A stretch of DNA of 63,880 nucleotides, filler included, from Octopus bimaculoides (Eukaryota), in assembly GCF_001194135.2 (NCBI RefSeq). It is 5 parts of 4 records of this genome, joined end to end, with 100 filler letters (N's around TTAATTAATTAA, not from the genome) between each part and the next. Parts side by side here need not be neighbours in the genome. Positions count along the whole stretch, not along the records: positions 12,127 to 42,211 come from NC_069003.1; 4 more parts are not named here. The stretch is one strand, 5' to 3'. Position numbers and translations under genes: made by a program. Of the stretch, positions 23,140-35,705 are shown piece after piece; the first letter of the stretch is position 1, and the number at the start of each line of letters is the position of its first letter. The notes under the pieces were generated by a model. It did no database searches and was not told the DNA's origin. It saw nothing but the letters and a program-made list of their open reading frames with translations.

Positions 23140-23392
23140 AATCATACCTAAAGCACCTACTATAATAGGAATTGTTTCTGTTTTTAGGTTCCATATTTGA
23201 GTTACTTCTATATATTCCAGGTCTTTGTATTTTGAAAGTTTCTCCGTTTCCTTTAGAGAACCATTGTCATCTGTTGGTATTGTTACATTGGTTAGAAAGC
23301 ATTTCTTGGTGATCTCTGACAACTATATCTGGCCTGTTGGCCTTAATTTCTGTATCTGTGTGTATTGGCATATCCCAGAGTATGGTTGCTTT
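23140..23392 (-). mobile_element. Non-LTR retrotransposon fragment with restriction-like endonuclease (R4/Dong-like)
   Basis: ATILWDMPIHTDTEIKANRPDIVV / KCFLTNVTIPTDDNGSLKETEKLSKYKDLEYIEVTQIWNLKTETIPIIVGALGMIK contains the RPD...K..KY endonuclease motif. One frameshift. Confidence 0.85.
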
Positions 23393-24195
23393 CTTTTATT
23401 ATTGTTGTTGTTGTTGTTATTATTTATTGTAAAGTGAGGAGTGGCAGAACCAGTGGAGTACAGGACTAAATGCCTGGTGGTCTTCTGTTCTAGCTCTTTA
23501 CATTCAGCATTTAAATCTCACTGAGATCAACTTCACTATCAATCCCTCCCGGATTGATCAAATAAAGTATTAGTTAAGTAGCAGGTCTGATTTAATCTAC
23601 AAACACTCCTTTTTCCCTCTCTTCGAAAAAATTTCTGTTGCTGTTTCAAAATTAGAAGCAATCATCATCATCATCATCATCACCATCATCACCACCACCA
23701 CCACCACCACCACTACCACCACCACCACTACCACCATCATCATCATCATCATCACCATCACCACCACCACCACCACCACNNNNNNNNNNNNNNNNNNNNN
23801 NNNNNNNNNNNNNNNNNNNNNNNNNNNNNNNNNNNNNNNNNNNNNNNNNNNNNNNNNNNNNNNNNNNNNNNNNNNNNNNNNNNNNNNNNNNNNNNNNNNN
23901 NNNNNNNNNNNNNNNNNNNNNNNNNNNNNNNNNNNNNNNNNNNNNNNNNNNNNNNNNNNNNNNNNNNNNNNNNNNNNNNNNNNNNNNNNNNNNNNNNNNN
24001 NNNNNNNNNNNNNNNNNNNNNNNNNNNNNNNNNNNNNNNNNNNNNNNNNNNNNNNNNNNNNNNNNNNNNNNNNNNNNNNNNNNNNNNNNNNNNNNNNNNN
24101 NNNNNNNNNNNNNNNNNNNNNNNNNNNNNNNNNNNNNNNNNNNNNNNNNNNNNNNNNNNNNNNNNNNNNNNNNNNNNNNNNNNNNNNNNNNNNNN

Positions 24196-24445
24196 CCAGC
24201 ATCGGTTGTCAAGCGATGGTGGGGGGGACAAACACAGACACACAAACATATACACACACATACATATATATATACATATATACAACAGGCTTCTTTCAGC
24301 TTCCGTCTACCAAATCCACTCACAAGGCTTTGGTCGGCCCGAGGCTATAGTAGAAGACACTTGCCTAAGATGCCACGCAGTGGGACTGAACCTGGAACCA
24401 TGTGGTTGGTAAGCAAGCTACTTACCACACAGCCACTCCTACGCC
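24196..24445 (-). mobile_element. SINE family A, young copy (5' two-thirds)
   Basis: High identity to the reverse complement of 8004-8225. Confidence 0.85.
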
Positions 24446-25067
24446 TATACTTTACAATAATTACATAAATATACTTGAGATGCATTTATGCGTATATGTG
24501 TATACACACATGAAAAAATTTACGCTAATAAAACAGAAAATATATATAATTGTAACAGTAATGAGTGGAGTGCCTTATTCAAGGTGTTAGTGTTTCGTTG
24601 AAAGCCTTTTATGTGATGGTTGAAATAGAAAAAAGCCCCACCTTCTTTTATGAGCCTAACCTTTTCTGGTATTTCAATGAAATATCTCATAGGAAGAGTT
24701 GGCCTAGTTTTTCTATTGACTGAAATTTTGCTAAATTAGGTTGGCTGGTTCAATACGATTCCTCGACATGCTAAAAAATACCAACCAAATCTCATCCAAA
24801 TCACGCTATACCCCCACCATATGAAAAGAATATGTTGGAGACTTGGTGCAGGGGCGGCTACATTGTAACCCCAAAACCATATTGTCCCAACAACTACGGT
24901 TTGGGATTCAGTCCCACTGCAAGGAACCCTGGACAAGTGGCTTCTGCTTAATCTCAGAATAGCCAAAGCTTTGTGGATTTAGAAGACAAAGACTGAAAGA
25001 TGCTTTTGTATGTGTGTGTGTGTGCGAGAAAGAGAGAGAGAGAGAGAGAGAGCACGTGCACACTCAT

Positions 25068-25108
<41 letters not shown>

Positions 25109-25113
<5 letters not shown>

Positions 25114-25450
25114 TTATAAACATAATTTAGGGATCAGCAAATATTTGCTTCACCATATACCGAAGTTCAGAAATAGCAGCTAAAAAAGCTGAGACTCCAA
25201 CAGATAGCATTACTTGTAACTCACAAAGGCAAAAACAAGAAGAAAAAACAATGAAAACTAACCATTCCGAAGATTAATCGTAAAATCTTCGGATAGGTTA
25301 GTTTTCATTGTTTTTTCTTCTTGTTTTTGCCTTTGTGAGTTACAAGTAATGCTATCTGTTGGAGTCTCAGCTTTTTTAGCTGCTATTTCTGAACTTCGGT
25401 ATATGGTGAAGCAAATATTTGCTGATCCCTTAATTATGTTTATAAATATA
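25109..25450. repeat. Near-perfect palindrome: 167-bp arms and an 8-nt loop
   Basis: 25109-25275 versus 25284-25450: 3 mismatches found (25128, 25264, 25265). Confidence 0.92.
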
Positions 25451-25985
25451 TTTGAACTTTAAATAAGTTCTCCACCGATAATGGTGCTTACATTCCGAAG
25501 GGCTTGGTAAAAATTATTAATTGCTGATTTATTAATAAATTAATAAATTGATAATCCTTTACCCTTTTAAATTTGTAATAATTATATATATATATATATA
25601 TATNNNNNNNNNNNNNNNNNNNNNNNNNNNNNNNNNNNNNNNNNNNNNNNNNNNNNNNNNNNNNNNNNNNNNNNNNNNNNNNNNNNNNNNNNNNNNNNNN
25701 NNNNNNNNNNNNNNNNNNNNNNNNNNNNNNNNNNNNNNNNNNNNNNNNNNNNNNNNNNNNNNNNNNNNNNNNNNNNNNNNNNNTGTGGTGAAGCAAATAT
25801 TTGCTGATCCCTTAATTATGTTTATAAATATATTTGAACTTTAAATAAGTTCTCCACCGATAATGGTGCTTACATTCCGAAGGGCTTGGTAAAAATTATT
25901 AATTGCTGATTTATTAATAAATTAATAAATTGATAATCCTTTACCCTTTTAAATTTGTAATAATTATATATATATATATATATAT
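25404..25985. repeat. ~200-bp direct duplication across an N gap (25404-25603 = 25786-25985); probable assembly/haplotype artefact
   Basis: Identical sequence on both sides of the gap, offset by 382 bp. Confidence 0.8.
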
Positions 25986-26519
25986 ATGTTCCTCTTCAAC
26001 CTTTTACATATATATGTGTATATATACTCTCGCATACATATACACATCTTCAAGTGTTTTGCTTCATATCACTTGACCTAAAATACAATCTGTATCAACT
26101 CAAAATCATTCTCATTTGCATATCAACATATTCCTTTCTACTTCTATATTCAAGCGCATGCGCACGCGCACACACATATACACACAATACATACGTGTAT
26201 ATGTATATAAATATATATGGAAAAGAAACTGAAATGGGTTAATTTTCACTACAACTGTTTCAGACCCGATTTTTTATTGATGAATAATTCAGTTATATCA
26301 TGAAATAAAAAAACGTTTACTTCTGGTGAATCAAAAATTTAAAATTTGGTTCCGAGTAAAAAATACCAAGATGTGAAATGTGTATTGATTCTCTCATTTT
26401 GGCAACAAAGAAGAGAGTGAAGGTATACCGAAAGTTTAGCCAGATTTCATATGCCTATGGGCCATAAAACAATCAACAGACAAATCCACGTTAAATTATT
26501 AGGCAAGTGTCTTCTACTA

Positions 26520-26850
26520 TAGCCTCGATCCAATCAAAGCCTTGTGAGTGTAGTGGGTGCTTTTACCTGTCACAGGCATGAGGGCCAGTCAGGCGGTTCT
26601 GGCAACGACCACGCTCAAAAGGTGTTTTTTACATGCTACCTGCACGGGAGCCAGTCTGGCGGCACTGGCAACGACCACACTCGAATGTTGTTTTTCATGT
26701 GTCACCGGTAAGGCAGCGCTGGCAATGATCACGCTCGAATGGTGCTTTTTACGTGTCACCAGCACGGAAGCCAATCAGGTGGTACTGTCATCAGCCACGT
26801 CAGCGATTTTGATTTGTTTACACTTGCCTCAATAGGTCTTCACAAGCAAA
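26520..26850 (-). mobile_element. SINE family D fragment with about four internal ~55-68-bp tandem units
   Basis: GTGCTTTTTACGTGTCACC...GCACGG.AGCCAGTC.GGCGG..CTGGCAACGACCAC units. Related pieces lie at 12750-12957, 36870-37020 and 61050-61264. Confidence 0.65.
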
Positions 26851-27176
26851 GTTNNNNNNNNNNNNNNNNNNNNNNNNNNNNNNNNNNNNNNNNNNNNNNN
26901 NNNNNNNNNNNNNNNNNNNNNNNNNNNNNNNNNNNNNNNNNNNNNNNNNNNNNNNNNNNNNNNNNNNNNNNNNNNNNNNNNNNNNNNNNNNNNNNNNNNN
27001 NNNNNNNNNNNNNNNNNNNNNNNNNNNNNNNNNNNNNNNNNNNNNNNNNNNNNNNNNNNNNNNNNNNNNNNNNNNNNNNNNNNNNNNNNNNNNNNNNNNN
27101 NNNNNNNNNNNNNNNNNNNNNNNNNNNNNNNNNNNNNNNNNNNNNNNNNNNNNNNNNNNNNNNNNNNNNNNNNNNN

Positions 27177-27219
<43 letters not shown>

Positions 27220-28251
27220 AACAGAGCTAATAGTGAGAGATGTAAAAGGCTTCTTTGCAAATCATTGGCAGCACTCAAATGTCACATTTGACAGAAGCAT
27301 TTTGACTGACAAAGGAAGTATAGGTTGTTGGAGCCTCATGCATCAAAACTGACGGGAGAGTCCATCACATACACATATATAAATATGTGTATAGTGATAA
27401 ATGTACATATGGTTATATGTGCATCCCAACCACCTCAATACATTCGCTAATTATTCACTAATAACAACAGTATTTATTAGTAAATATGTAAGTTATCTAC
27501 TGCTGAAAACAGAAGAAAGCAAGACACACCACTATCAGTCATCGAGTGAAAGTATTTATCCAATAACGTGAAATTTTCGGCAGATGGCAATGTTAGCATC
27601 TCCCATCCTCCAACACTTACCCCCCCCCCACACACACACACATGCACAAACAATGCAATAACAGATGTTGCAACTGCTTAAAGGGTATTGGATGAAGGGA
27701 GAGTTGATTTGGCAATCATTAGGATTATTTCTAATGAGTGGCATAGGCATAGCAGATGATCAATGTAACATGTGGGTGGAGAGAAAAATGTTAATGGATG
27801 AAGAATGGCTAACAAGTAAAATGGTTCTGGGTAGTGAGAAAAAACTGGTGCCAAAAGAACAGCTGTAATGAGAGAGATAATCGGGGTGGGGTGAAGAATG
27901 ATATGGGGAGATTGGGCAAAGTGGCCATTTTTGCATATACATATACATTATATATATATATCTATTTGTATATTATAAGAAACACATAAAAAGCCTTGTG
28001 GATTTCAGCTTGTTCAAGGTTTGCTGACCAAAATAGTGAATTTATTTCCCTATTTTTCAAGCTGGTAATGTCAACAAGATGGTTTGGCAACTGTGTCTGC
28101 AGTTTGAATGAGTAGGTGTGGTTTGAAAGACAGATAGTTACCATGGGAAGAAAATTAACTGCACAGCAAATAAAGGCAGCCTTTTACAAATGGCAAAAAT
28201 TTCATAACTTGTGGTATAGGGGGAGGGGTTAATGAGGGTCTTAAGACTTAC

Positions 28252-28320
28252 TTGTGTGAGTCGTGTACGGAACTGCTTCCCCGGAATCTGAGAAATGTAA
28301 TTGTAGGGTTCCAGTAAAAT
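28252..28320 (-). CDS. GGPS1: GGPP synthase exon (69 nt)
   Basis: tttctttaatttcag acceptor and gtaagt donor. Encodes ILLEPYNYISQIPGKQFRTRLTQ; human has ILLEPYKYLLQLPGKQVRTKLSQ. Phase 0 joins directly to AFNHWL. Confidence 0.96.
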
Positions 28321-28636
28321 CTGAAATTAAAGAAACAGTTTATTTCATTTAAGTTAAATTTTTCCAATCAAAACAATAACTGAATAAATAAATAAACAGA
28401 TAATCATTACTTTTTTAACATCCACTTTTCCATGCTTGCATGGATCAGAAGGAAATTGTTGAAGTAGATTTTCTACAGCCAGACGCCTTTCCTGTGACCA
28501 ACCCTTGTTTCTAAGCAAAGTAATATTTCTCCATGGCCAAACATGTTTTTAATGAACACTGGAAACAAGCAATACTACTGGTATAATGGTGATCCTTGTT
28601 TACAACCATCACACAATGTCGAGACAGAGGCACATA

Positions 28637-28639
28637 TAC

Positions 28640-28671
<32 letters not shown>

Positions 28672-28853
28672 CACCACCACCACTACTNNNNNNNNNNCTA
28701 CTATTACTACTATTACTATTACTACTACTATTACTACTACTACTATTACTACTATTACTACTATTACTACTACTATTACTACTACTACTATTACTACTAC
28801 TACTACTATTACTACTACTATTATTACTACTACTACTACTACTACTACTACTA
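28637..28853. repeat. (TAC)n/(TAT)n/(CAC)n compound microsatellite
   Basis: Seen directly in the sequence. Confidence 0.95.
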
Positions 28854-28859
28854 CGGCCA

Positions 28860-29262
28860 GGTTCCAACCCAGGCTGTAGCAACTGAGTCCACAGGCTACA
28901 CCCCTCACTCCATCATCACTACTTTGAGGTCCTGGATACATTCCAGGCCAGGGTCTGCAACCAAGTTGTCCATGTAAGTGTGATGGTGTTTGCCTCTTCT
29001 TACATCACCATGAAGTAGGTTCCACNNNNNNNNNNGATGGTGTTTGCCTCTTCTTACATCACCATGAAGTAGGTTCCACAAGACTAATTTGGATGCTTCC
29101 AGTTCAGGGTGGCACATGCAGTAACCAGATAGTCGCAGCCATCTTTGCCTGTTCTTGCTAACTTTCAGCAGGTTTCCTTAAAGGCCTTCATTTGTCATAT
29201 GTTGCTACCATTTCACATTTGGGGCCATTTATAGCATCCTTGTCTAGCATCCATTTAGCCCG
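28860..29262 (-). mobile_element. RTE-clade non-LTR retrotransposon 3' fragment inserted at a (TAG)n array
   Basis: LNGC*TRML*MAPNVKW*QHMTN...RLSGYCMCHPELEASKLVLWNLLHGDVRRGKHHHTYMDNLVADPGL matches the RTE C-terminal LDGCYTRMLR...HPELxASKLVLWEPxHG...RGRPxxTYxDxL pattern. The 42-bp duplication across the 10-N gap is probably an artefact. Confidence 0.75.
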
Positions 29263-29648
29263 TTTACTCTTTTACTTGATTCAGTCATTTGACTGCGGCC
29301 ATGCTGGAGCACCGCCTTTTGTCGAGCAAATCGACCCCGGGACTTATTCTTTGTAAGCCTAGTACTTATTCTATCAGTCTCTTTTGCCGAACCGCTAAGT
29401 TACGGGGACGTAAACACACCAGCATCGGTTGTCAAGTGATGTTGGGGGGACAAACACAGACACACACACACACACACATACATACAACGGCCTTCTTTCA
29501 GTTTCCGTCTACCAAATCCACTCACAAAGCTTTGGTCAGCCCGCGGCTGTAGTAGAAGACACTTGCCCAAGGTGCCACGCAGTGGGACTGAACCCGGAAC
29601 CATGTGATTGGTAAGCAAGCTACTTACCACACAGCCACTCCTTCGCCT
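29263..29648 (-). mobile_element. SINE family A, full-length young copy
   Basis: High identity to the reverse complement of 8004-8376. Confidence 0.88.
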
Positions 29649-30887
29649 ATGATAATTTTCTTTGTCAGTGTCCATGTTTCACTCCCATGTAACAGCACTG
29701 ATTCAACAATTGCAATAATGAACAGGTTGATTTTGATTCACCTGGACAATTTGGAGTTCCAGACATTTTGTAGTTTAAGAGAACAATCTTACATCCTTCT
29801 AAATTAGCTGTTCAGCAAAAAAAGAGATTGATAGAATAAGTACCAAACTCTAAAACCAAAATGAATACTAAAGTTGATTTTAATAATGAAAGCCTTTCTG
29901 GTGACGCCCGAACATGGCCAGAGTGCGATGAGTGAAAGAAGTAAAATTAAAGAAAGAATTGTGCCAACTTTAGTTTCATAATGCCTGGAAGTTATTGAGG
30001 GTTGAACAGCTAAGACTACCTTGGCAAGATTTGAACTTAGAATACAGAGATAAAAGTTATTAAGGTTTTTAATCCATTGTTCTACCCTTTCTGCCACTCT
30101 GCTATTTTTCAAAGATCCTAACAAGAACAACAATAATAATAATAATGAGCGAAGACACATTAACACAAAATAGCAAACGAGGCAGAGTTTTTTATTACAA
30201 ACGTTTTATAGTTTTTCAGAATTATGGACTGACCCTGGTGAAACGAAACATGTTTGAAAGTAATGGTGGGGTTATACTACTACTACTATAACTTTTGCTG
30301 CTACAGCTACTACTACTACTACTACTACTACGACTACTATTGATGCTGCTGCTACTGCTGTTGTTACTACTACTACGACCACTACTACTACTACTACTAC
30401 TACCACTACTACTTTTGTTGTTGCTACTGCTACTACTACCACCCCCACCCCCACCACTACATATATTCCCAAGCCTCAACGGGCTGGCCAAACACAAAAG
30501 CTAATAAATAAAAGAAAACACGTTTTTTTCCTTTCTCTCATTCTTTTCAATTACGACCTCTCTGTATGCAATGTTATTCAACAACAACAACAACAATAAT
30601 AATTACCAGCAGTAGCTTAATACTACATAATTAACAACTAGGCCAAGGACAATTAGTATTTCAGAAGCTAATTCTAATTCTACTAACGGACAAGCTACAG
30701 ATGTTTAGTTTGTCTATTGTTGTTGTGGCTGTTGTCTTTAAGTAAGCCCTGTCACATCCAAAGTGTTAAAGTAACCAATAGAATGATTAATCAGATCTTG
30801 TAAGGTGGACATGACATTTTTCAGTATCTTGTGTGACCATGGATACTGCATATAAACAGATACATCTAAAATGTCCCCCCAACAATA

Positions 30888-31100
30888 TTACAACACCATC
30901 ATAATGCACACCATCTCTCCAACTCGGTCCTGGCATATTCACAGCTCCGCACAACACTTCTACAACACCACCCTAATAACACTATCTCTTTCAGTCCAAA
31001 CACATCTACAACACCCCACAATACAACTACAATACCATTCTAACAACACTATCTCTCCAACTCTATCCAGAAACATCCACAACATACCTCAATGCTATAA
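30888..31100. repeat. Diverged ~67-72-bp tandem repeat (about three copies)
   Basis: ACAACACCATC..AAT..ACACCATCTCTCC-like units at ~30890, 30962 and 31029. Confidence 0.6.
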
Positions 31101-31224
31101 CATTATTTCTCTGTCCCAAAAAACCTAAATATAGATACCCTCATAGCCAGGTTTAATAGAAAGAATATAAAATTAGTAAGAGGAAATAATAATAATAATA
31201 TTAGTATTGTCAATACTGGTTTAA

Positions 31225-31444
31225 CCCTTTTGTTACTGTATTTATTTTTAGATGCTCTGTGTTTCTTTCAATTACTTTAAATATAACAAAGAATTTAGTA
31301 AAATAACTTAGTTATCATTAAGCTGGTGTTAGGAACATAAATTGTGACTAAGGTTTGGTGGAAGATTTTAATTCAAAACCTATGAAAACAAGACATTTGT
31401 ACTCAAAACCAGAGCCAGTTTCAGCCAAGTAGGTAACAAAAGGG
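31225..31444. mobile_element. piggyBac-type MITE (220 bp)
   Basis: Perfect 12-bp inverted repeats CCCTTTTGTTAC/GTAACAAAAGGG, with TTAA on both flanks (31221-31224, 31445-31448). Confidence 0.85.
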
Positions 31445-31741
31445 TTAAACCCCTGTAATGACAATAATAATAATGGAGATGTAGGAATCAGGAACAACAG
31501 AACTAGCACATCTAATATGTATGATATAAACTGTGACTCCGAAGTTTATACAAGCCCAGATATTACTGACACAGTACCTGATGATGCTAAGATGAATTTA
31601 AATGATACTATAGTTGAAGGAAATATAAATGATAACAGTAATAATAATGCCGATAATAATTATAGTAGTAGTAATATTAATAATAATATCGATAATAATA
31701 ATAACAATGATAGGAATACCAATAATATTAATAGTAGTAAT

Positions 31742-32175
31742 GCTCCCGGTTGCAATTGTAGAGTTAAATCCCATTGCCCATTATTAGGTCGATCTTTAAT
31801 CCAAAACATAGTTTATAGATGTACATTTGTGACTGAAGCTGGCAATTTTATATATACTGGATGTTGATAAATATGAAAAAACATATTAATAACCATTTTT
31901 CATCATTTAGACTCAGACATAAAACTAATAGTACGTCTTTATCTAGTAAGATCTAGGAACTTAAGGAAAGCGGGACTAGATTTAGCCTTAAATGGGCTAT
32001 AATATGGAGAACGCAGCCTTATAGAGATAGTCGATATGGGTGTGAGCTTTGCTCTTTGGAAATTTACGAGATTTTCAAGTACAGAGACAAGAACAACCTG
32101 ATTAATAATAGATTAGACCTAAGGGTATCAGGCATGCATTGCATCACCCACACATTTAAGTATTTTCAAAACTAA
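31742..32175 (+). mobile_element. Penelope-like element GIY-YIG endonuclease remnant
   Basis: PGCNCRVKSHCPLLGRSLIQNIVYRCTFVTEAGNFIYTGC, then a frameshift, then NNHFSSFRLRHKTNSTSLSSKI*ELKE...LKWAII...GCELCSLEIYEI. This matches the CNC-CP-VY-YIG-NH-TxLSxxIW-W-CxLC pattern. Confidence 0.85.
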
Positions 32176-33847
32176 TAACATTACATTTTATCATACTTGA
32201 ACTTTGATGGTGGAAATTAATTTTGGTGTCATATCCATTATAATTTACCCTCTAGTATAAAATATAGGATATTATGTTACATGGTATAATATATTACATT
32301 ACATATGTTATATGCTATGTATTATGTTATATGGTGTACTATATGTGTTATTATCCTATGATAACCCCTGCCTAGTTAGTCTGATTTCATCCTATTTTGG
32401 TGATTGCACTATTTGTTTCTTTCTATAAATTTCTACCCTACCAGTCATATTATGTATATTTGTAGTAATTTTGTGAAAGCAAGTCTCCCTTGACTAAATC
32501 TTATACACCCTAGAAACTATACAATCATACATACAATAAAACCTGTAATATTACAACTTATAACATCTCTTCATTTTAAATACTTTTAACTGCTCTCATT
32601 ACTTCAAAACAATTACCCCCATTTTTTTTAGGTTGCCTTTATCTTTCCCTGCCTTTAATTCTAATCCCCTGTCTTTTTATATGTATTTTATATGATTTTC
32701 TTATTATTTTTCTATAAATTCTTAGTATTTTGTTTTCGTATTATGGCATGCTTACCTTATTAATCTCTTATCCTTTATAAATTGTCATTTTTCTTGTTCT
32801 TAAATTGATATTTTTCAGTTACTTATGTTTATGCAAAATATTTATACTATATTCTTTTATATAAGCATATATATATATTTGTGCATATGTATATATACAT
32901 ATATTGCACGTGTGTGTGTGTGTATAAAACTCCTCTTTGTATATGTATCTGTTTGCATTATTTTTATACTATTACACCTGCTTACATCAGTACATATTTT
33001 CAAGTATGTTTATATTTTATATTTCATTATGTCTGTTTATTATCATTATCTTATTATCCAGCTTCTGATTCAATGCTTCAAATCAATAGATAGAATGTAT
33101 ATCTTTCCAGATATTCCATATGCAAGTGGCTTGAGTAGTCTTTATAGAAACCACCAAATAATTAATTAAATAAAGAAGAGGTATTAAATTGGTTCTACAC
33201 AACAGTAATCTTCCTGTTAATGTTTATAATTGATACATACACACCTTTTAGCTATTTTGGTTATGATATCATTTTCTTGAATTTAAAAAAATTTTATTTA
33301 ATTTTTATACAACATAATAATATCGCTTAAAAACATTCCCCCCATTGAGCCCCTAATATTTTCTCCTGTATCTCATTATAGCATCTTAAGTTTCATAGTG
33401 TCTTGCCCCTTTAACTGGTAGTTAACATCATGAATTTAAGTCAATCCTTACCCTACCTCTTTTTTTATAGACAGTTACTTCTATCTAATTGACTCTTTCT
33501 AAAGTTTTGTTTTCCTTTTCTCTTGTTGATAAAGGAATACCTATGACAATATTTATGACCAATAGCTAGCCATGAGTAGACAACTCACTTTCGCTCTTTA
33601 TTCTAAATATACAGTCTTCTAGTCTCAGATTTTTGTAGATGATAAAAAGATAAATAAATTGGAAATGAATTACAGCCCTATGAACCGACTATTCCCCATG
33701 CTATTCTTAGAAATTGTAGTCAGTTTTTCTTAGCCATCCTTGCTACAATAGCGACAACATGAATTTCTTCCATCTTCTTCCTCTGTTAAAATATTTAAGA
33801 AAAATCATATTAATGTATCCTACCTGTTGAAGTTCCACATATTTTTT

Positions 33848-33936
33848 TGTGCAGCTGAAGATAGCGCTGTATTCAAATTGATGTAATGATTGCATTGTTC
33901 AATGAAATGGAGCCGCTTAAAACAGTCATACTGCAT
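33848..33936 (+). ncRNA. Degenerate hammerhead ribozyme motif in the Penelope-like 3' region
   Basis: GTGCAG-CTGAAGA-(long stem II)-TAAA(for GAAA)-CAGTC-ATA-CTGCAT. Homologous to the better-preserved copy at 37400-37492. Confidence 0.45.
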
Positions 33937-34058
33937 CACTTCTTGATATCCTGTTGCTTATTTCGATTTTATTCACCTTACTTCAAGCTGTGCGGATAAT
34001 ACTGGACTAACTTGGTGCTTCAACTTAAATACCTAATTCAATTGAATCTTAATTACTT

Positions 34059-34112
<54 letters not shown>

Positions 34113-34128
34113 TATANNNNNNNNNNTT

Positions 34129-34180
<52 letters not shown>

Positions 34181-34619
34181 TATACACACATATATACACA
34201 CACACATACATATACATATATGTACATACATACACACATATGTATGTGTATGTGTGCTTTCTTACTTAGTTAATCTGTCACCAATATTCATTGGTAAAAT
34301 AATGTAGCCATTAGAAAGAAAACTAATAATAAACCAAAGCATTCAGACAAAATGTACCTTGTGCTGTTTATTCTGCCCATGTTGCACAGACATCCCCTTT
34401 CCACACTTGCCATTGAAAAGGTAGTGAACCAGTGATTGGTGTGTTACAAACCTGGAACCAACAATGCTATTGTTCACAAAATATAAATAAAACAGAAATA
34501 AAAATAAATAAATCTATTATAATAAAGGTCAAGTTCTGTCTGTCCATCCATCAGGGACCCCTGAATCTCAGTCTACATTTGCTCTACACAGACATATCAA
34601 ACAGCCAATGTCATTAACA

Positions 34620-35437
34620 TATCCCATGAGAGAATTGAAAATATTCTGCCCAATGAACTTGGCATGACGAAGATTTCTGCTCGGTGGGTGCCATGTCTTC
34701 TAACACCTCATTAAAAGCACACCAGGTTGATCACATCACAGAGAAGTCTGATATTGTTCGATGCAGATCCAGCTAGTTTCCTTGAAAGTTTCCTAACTTA
34801 GGATGAGTGTTGGTTGGGTTCATCACTTGGAGCCAGAGACAAAGAGACAATCCATGCAATGGAAACAACCATCCTCACCTGCTCCAAAGAAGGCCAAGGT
34901 TTTTTCATCAGCAGAGAAGATGAGGGCTCCAGTCTTTTGGAATGCAAAAAGGCATTGTGTTTATTGACTCTCTTCAACAGGACCACACCATCAATGGAGA
35001 GTATTATTCCAACTTGCTGAGGGGGTTACAAAAGGCTATCAAGACAATTGCTCAAGAAATCTGATGAAAGGAGTGGGCTTGTTTCATCAGGACAATGCTC
35101 CAGCACACAAGTCCTTGGTTTTAATGACTGCTATCCATGACTGTGTCTTTGAACTGGTTGATCCTTGTCACTACTCTCTTCATCTGGCTCCATCTGACTG
35201 CCATCTGTTCCCCAACATGACAAAAACACTTGGCTCAGAAGCAGTATCACAGTGATGATGACATCATATCTGCTGTTGATGACTCTTCACACCAACAGGA
35301 TGAAATCTTCACCAATTTGCTTCCAAGTACCGCAACACCAATGGACAACAAGGGGGAACCATGTTGAAAATAAATATCATTTCATCACATTCCACCAGAG
35401 TAACTTAGTCAACCTATGAACTTTCAGCTGACCTCCT
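34620..35437 (+). mobile_element. Mariner transposase pseudogene (3' two-thirds) with right terminal repeat
   Basis: LGMTKISARWVP, T*DECW, FHQDNAPAH and YSLHLAPSDCHLF give the mariner WVP motif and D,D34D triad. Multiple stops and frameshifts. Confidence 0.9.
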
Positions 35438-35458
35438 CTGTGTGTATGTGTGTATGTA

Positions 35459-35459
35459 C

Positions 35460-35512
<53 letters not shown>

Positions 35513-35650
35513 CATCCATCCATCCAACCACCCATCCATCCATCTATCTATTTGTCTGTCTATCTGTCTATCTATCTATCTGTTCATCTCTCTATCTATC
35601 CATCCATCCATCCATCCATCCATCTATCTATCTATCTACCTATTTGTCTG

Positions 35651-35705
<55 letters not shown>
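35459..35705. repeat. (ATCT)n/(ATCC)n tetranucleotide microsatellite
   Basis: Seen directly in the sequence. Confidence 0.95.

Noticed and set aside
23008-23322. 104-aa ORF as a host gene
   Set aside because: A chance fusion of a retrotransposon endonuclease fragment with intron sequence and an out-of-frame GGPS1 exon.
26556-26800. Regularly spaced repeats resembling a CRISPR array
   Set aside because: The units are diverged tandem copies without unique spacers, lie inside a SINE family and have no cas genes nearby. The context is eukaryotic.
28984-29077. 42-bp direct repeat around a 10-N gap
   Set aside because: Identical copies flanking a minimal gap are a typical contig-overlap artefact.
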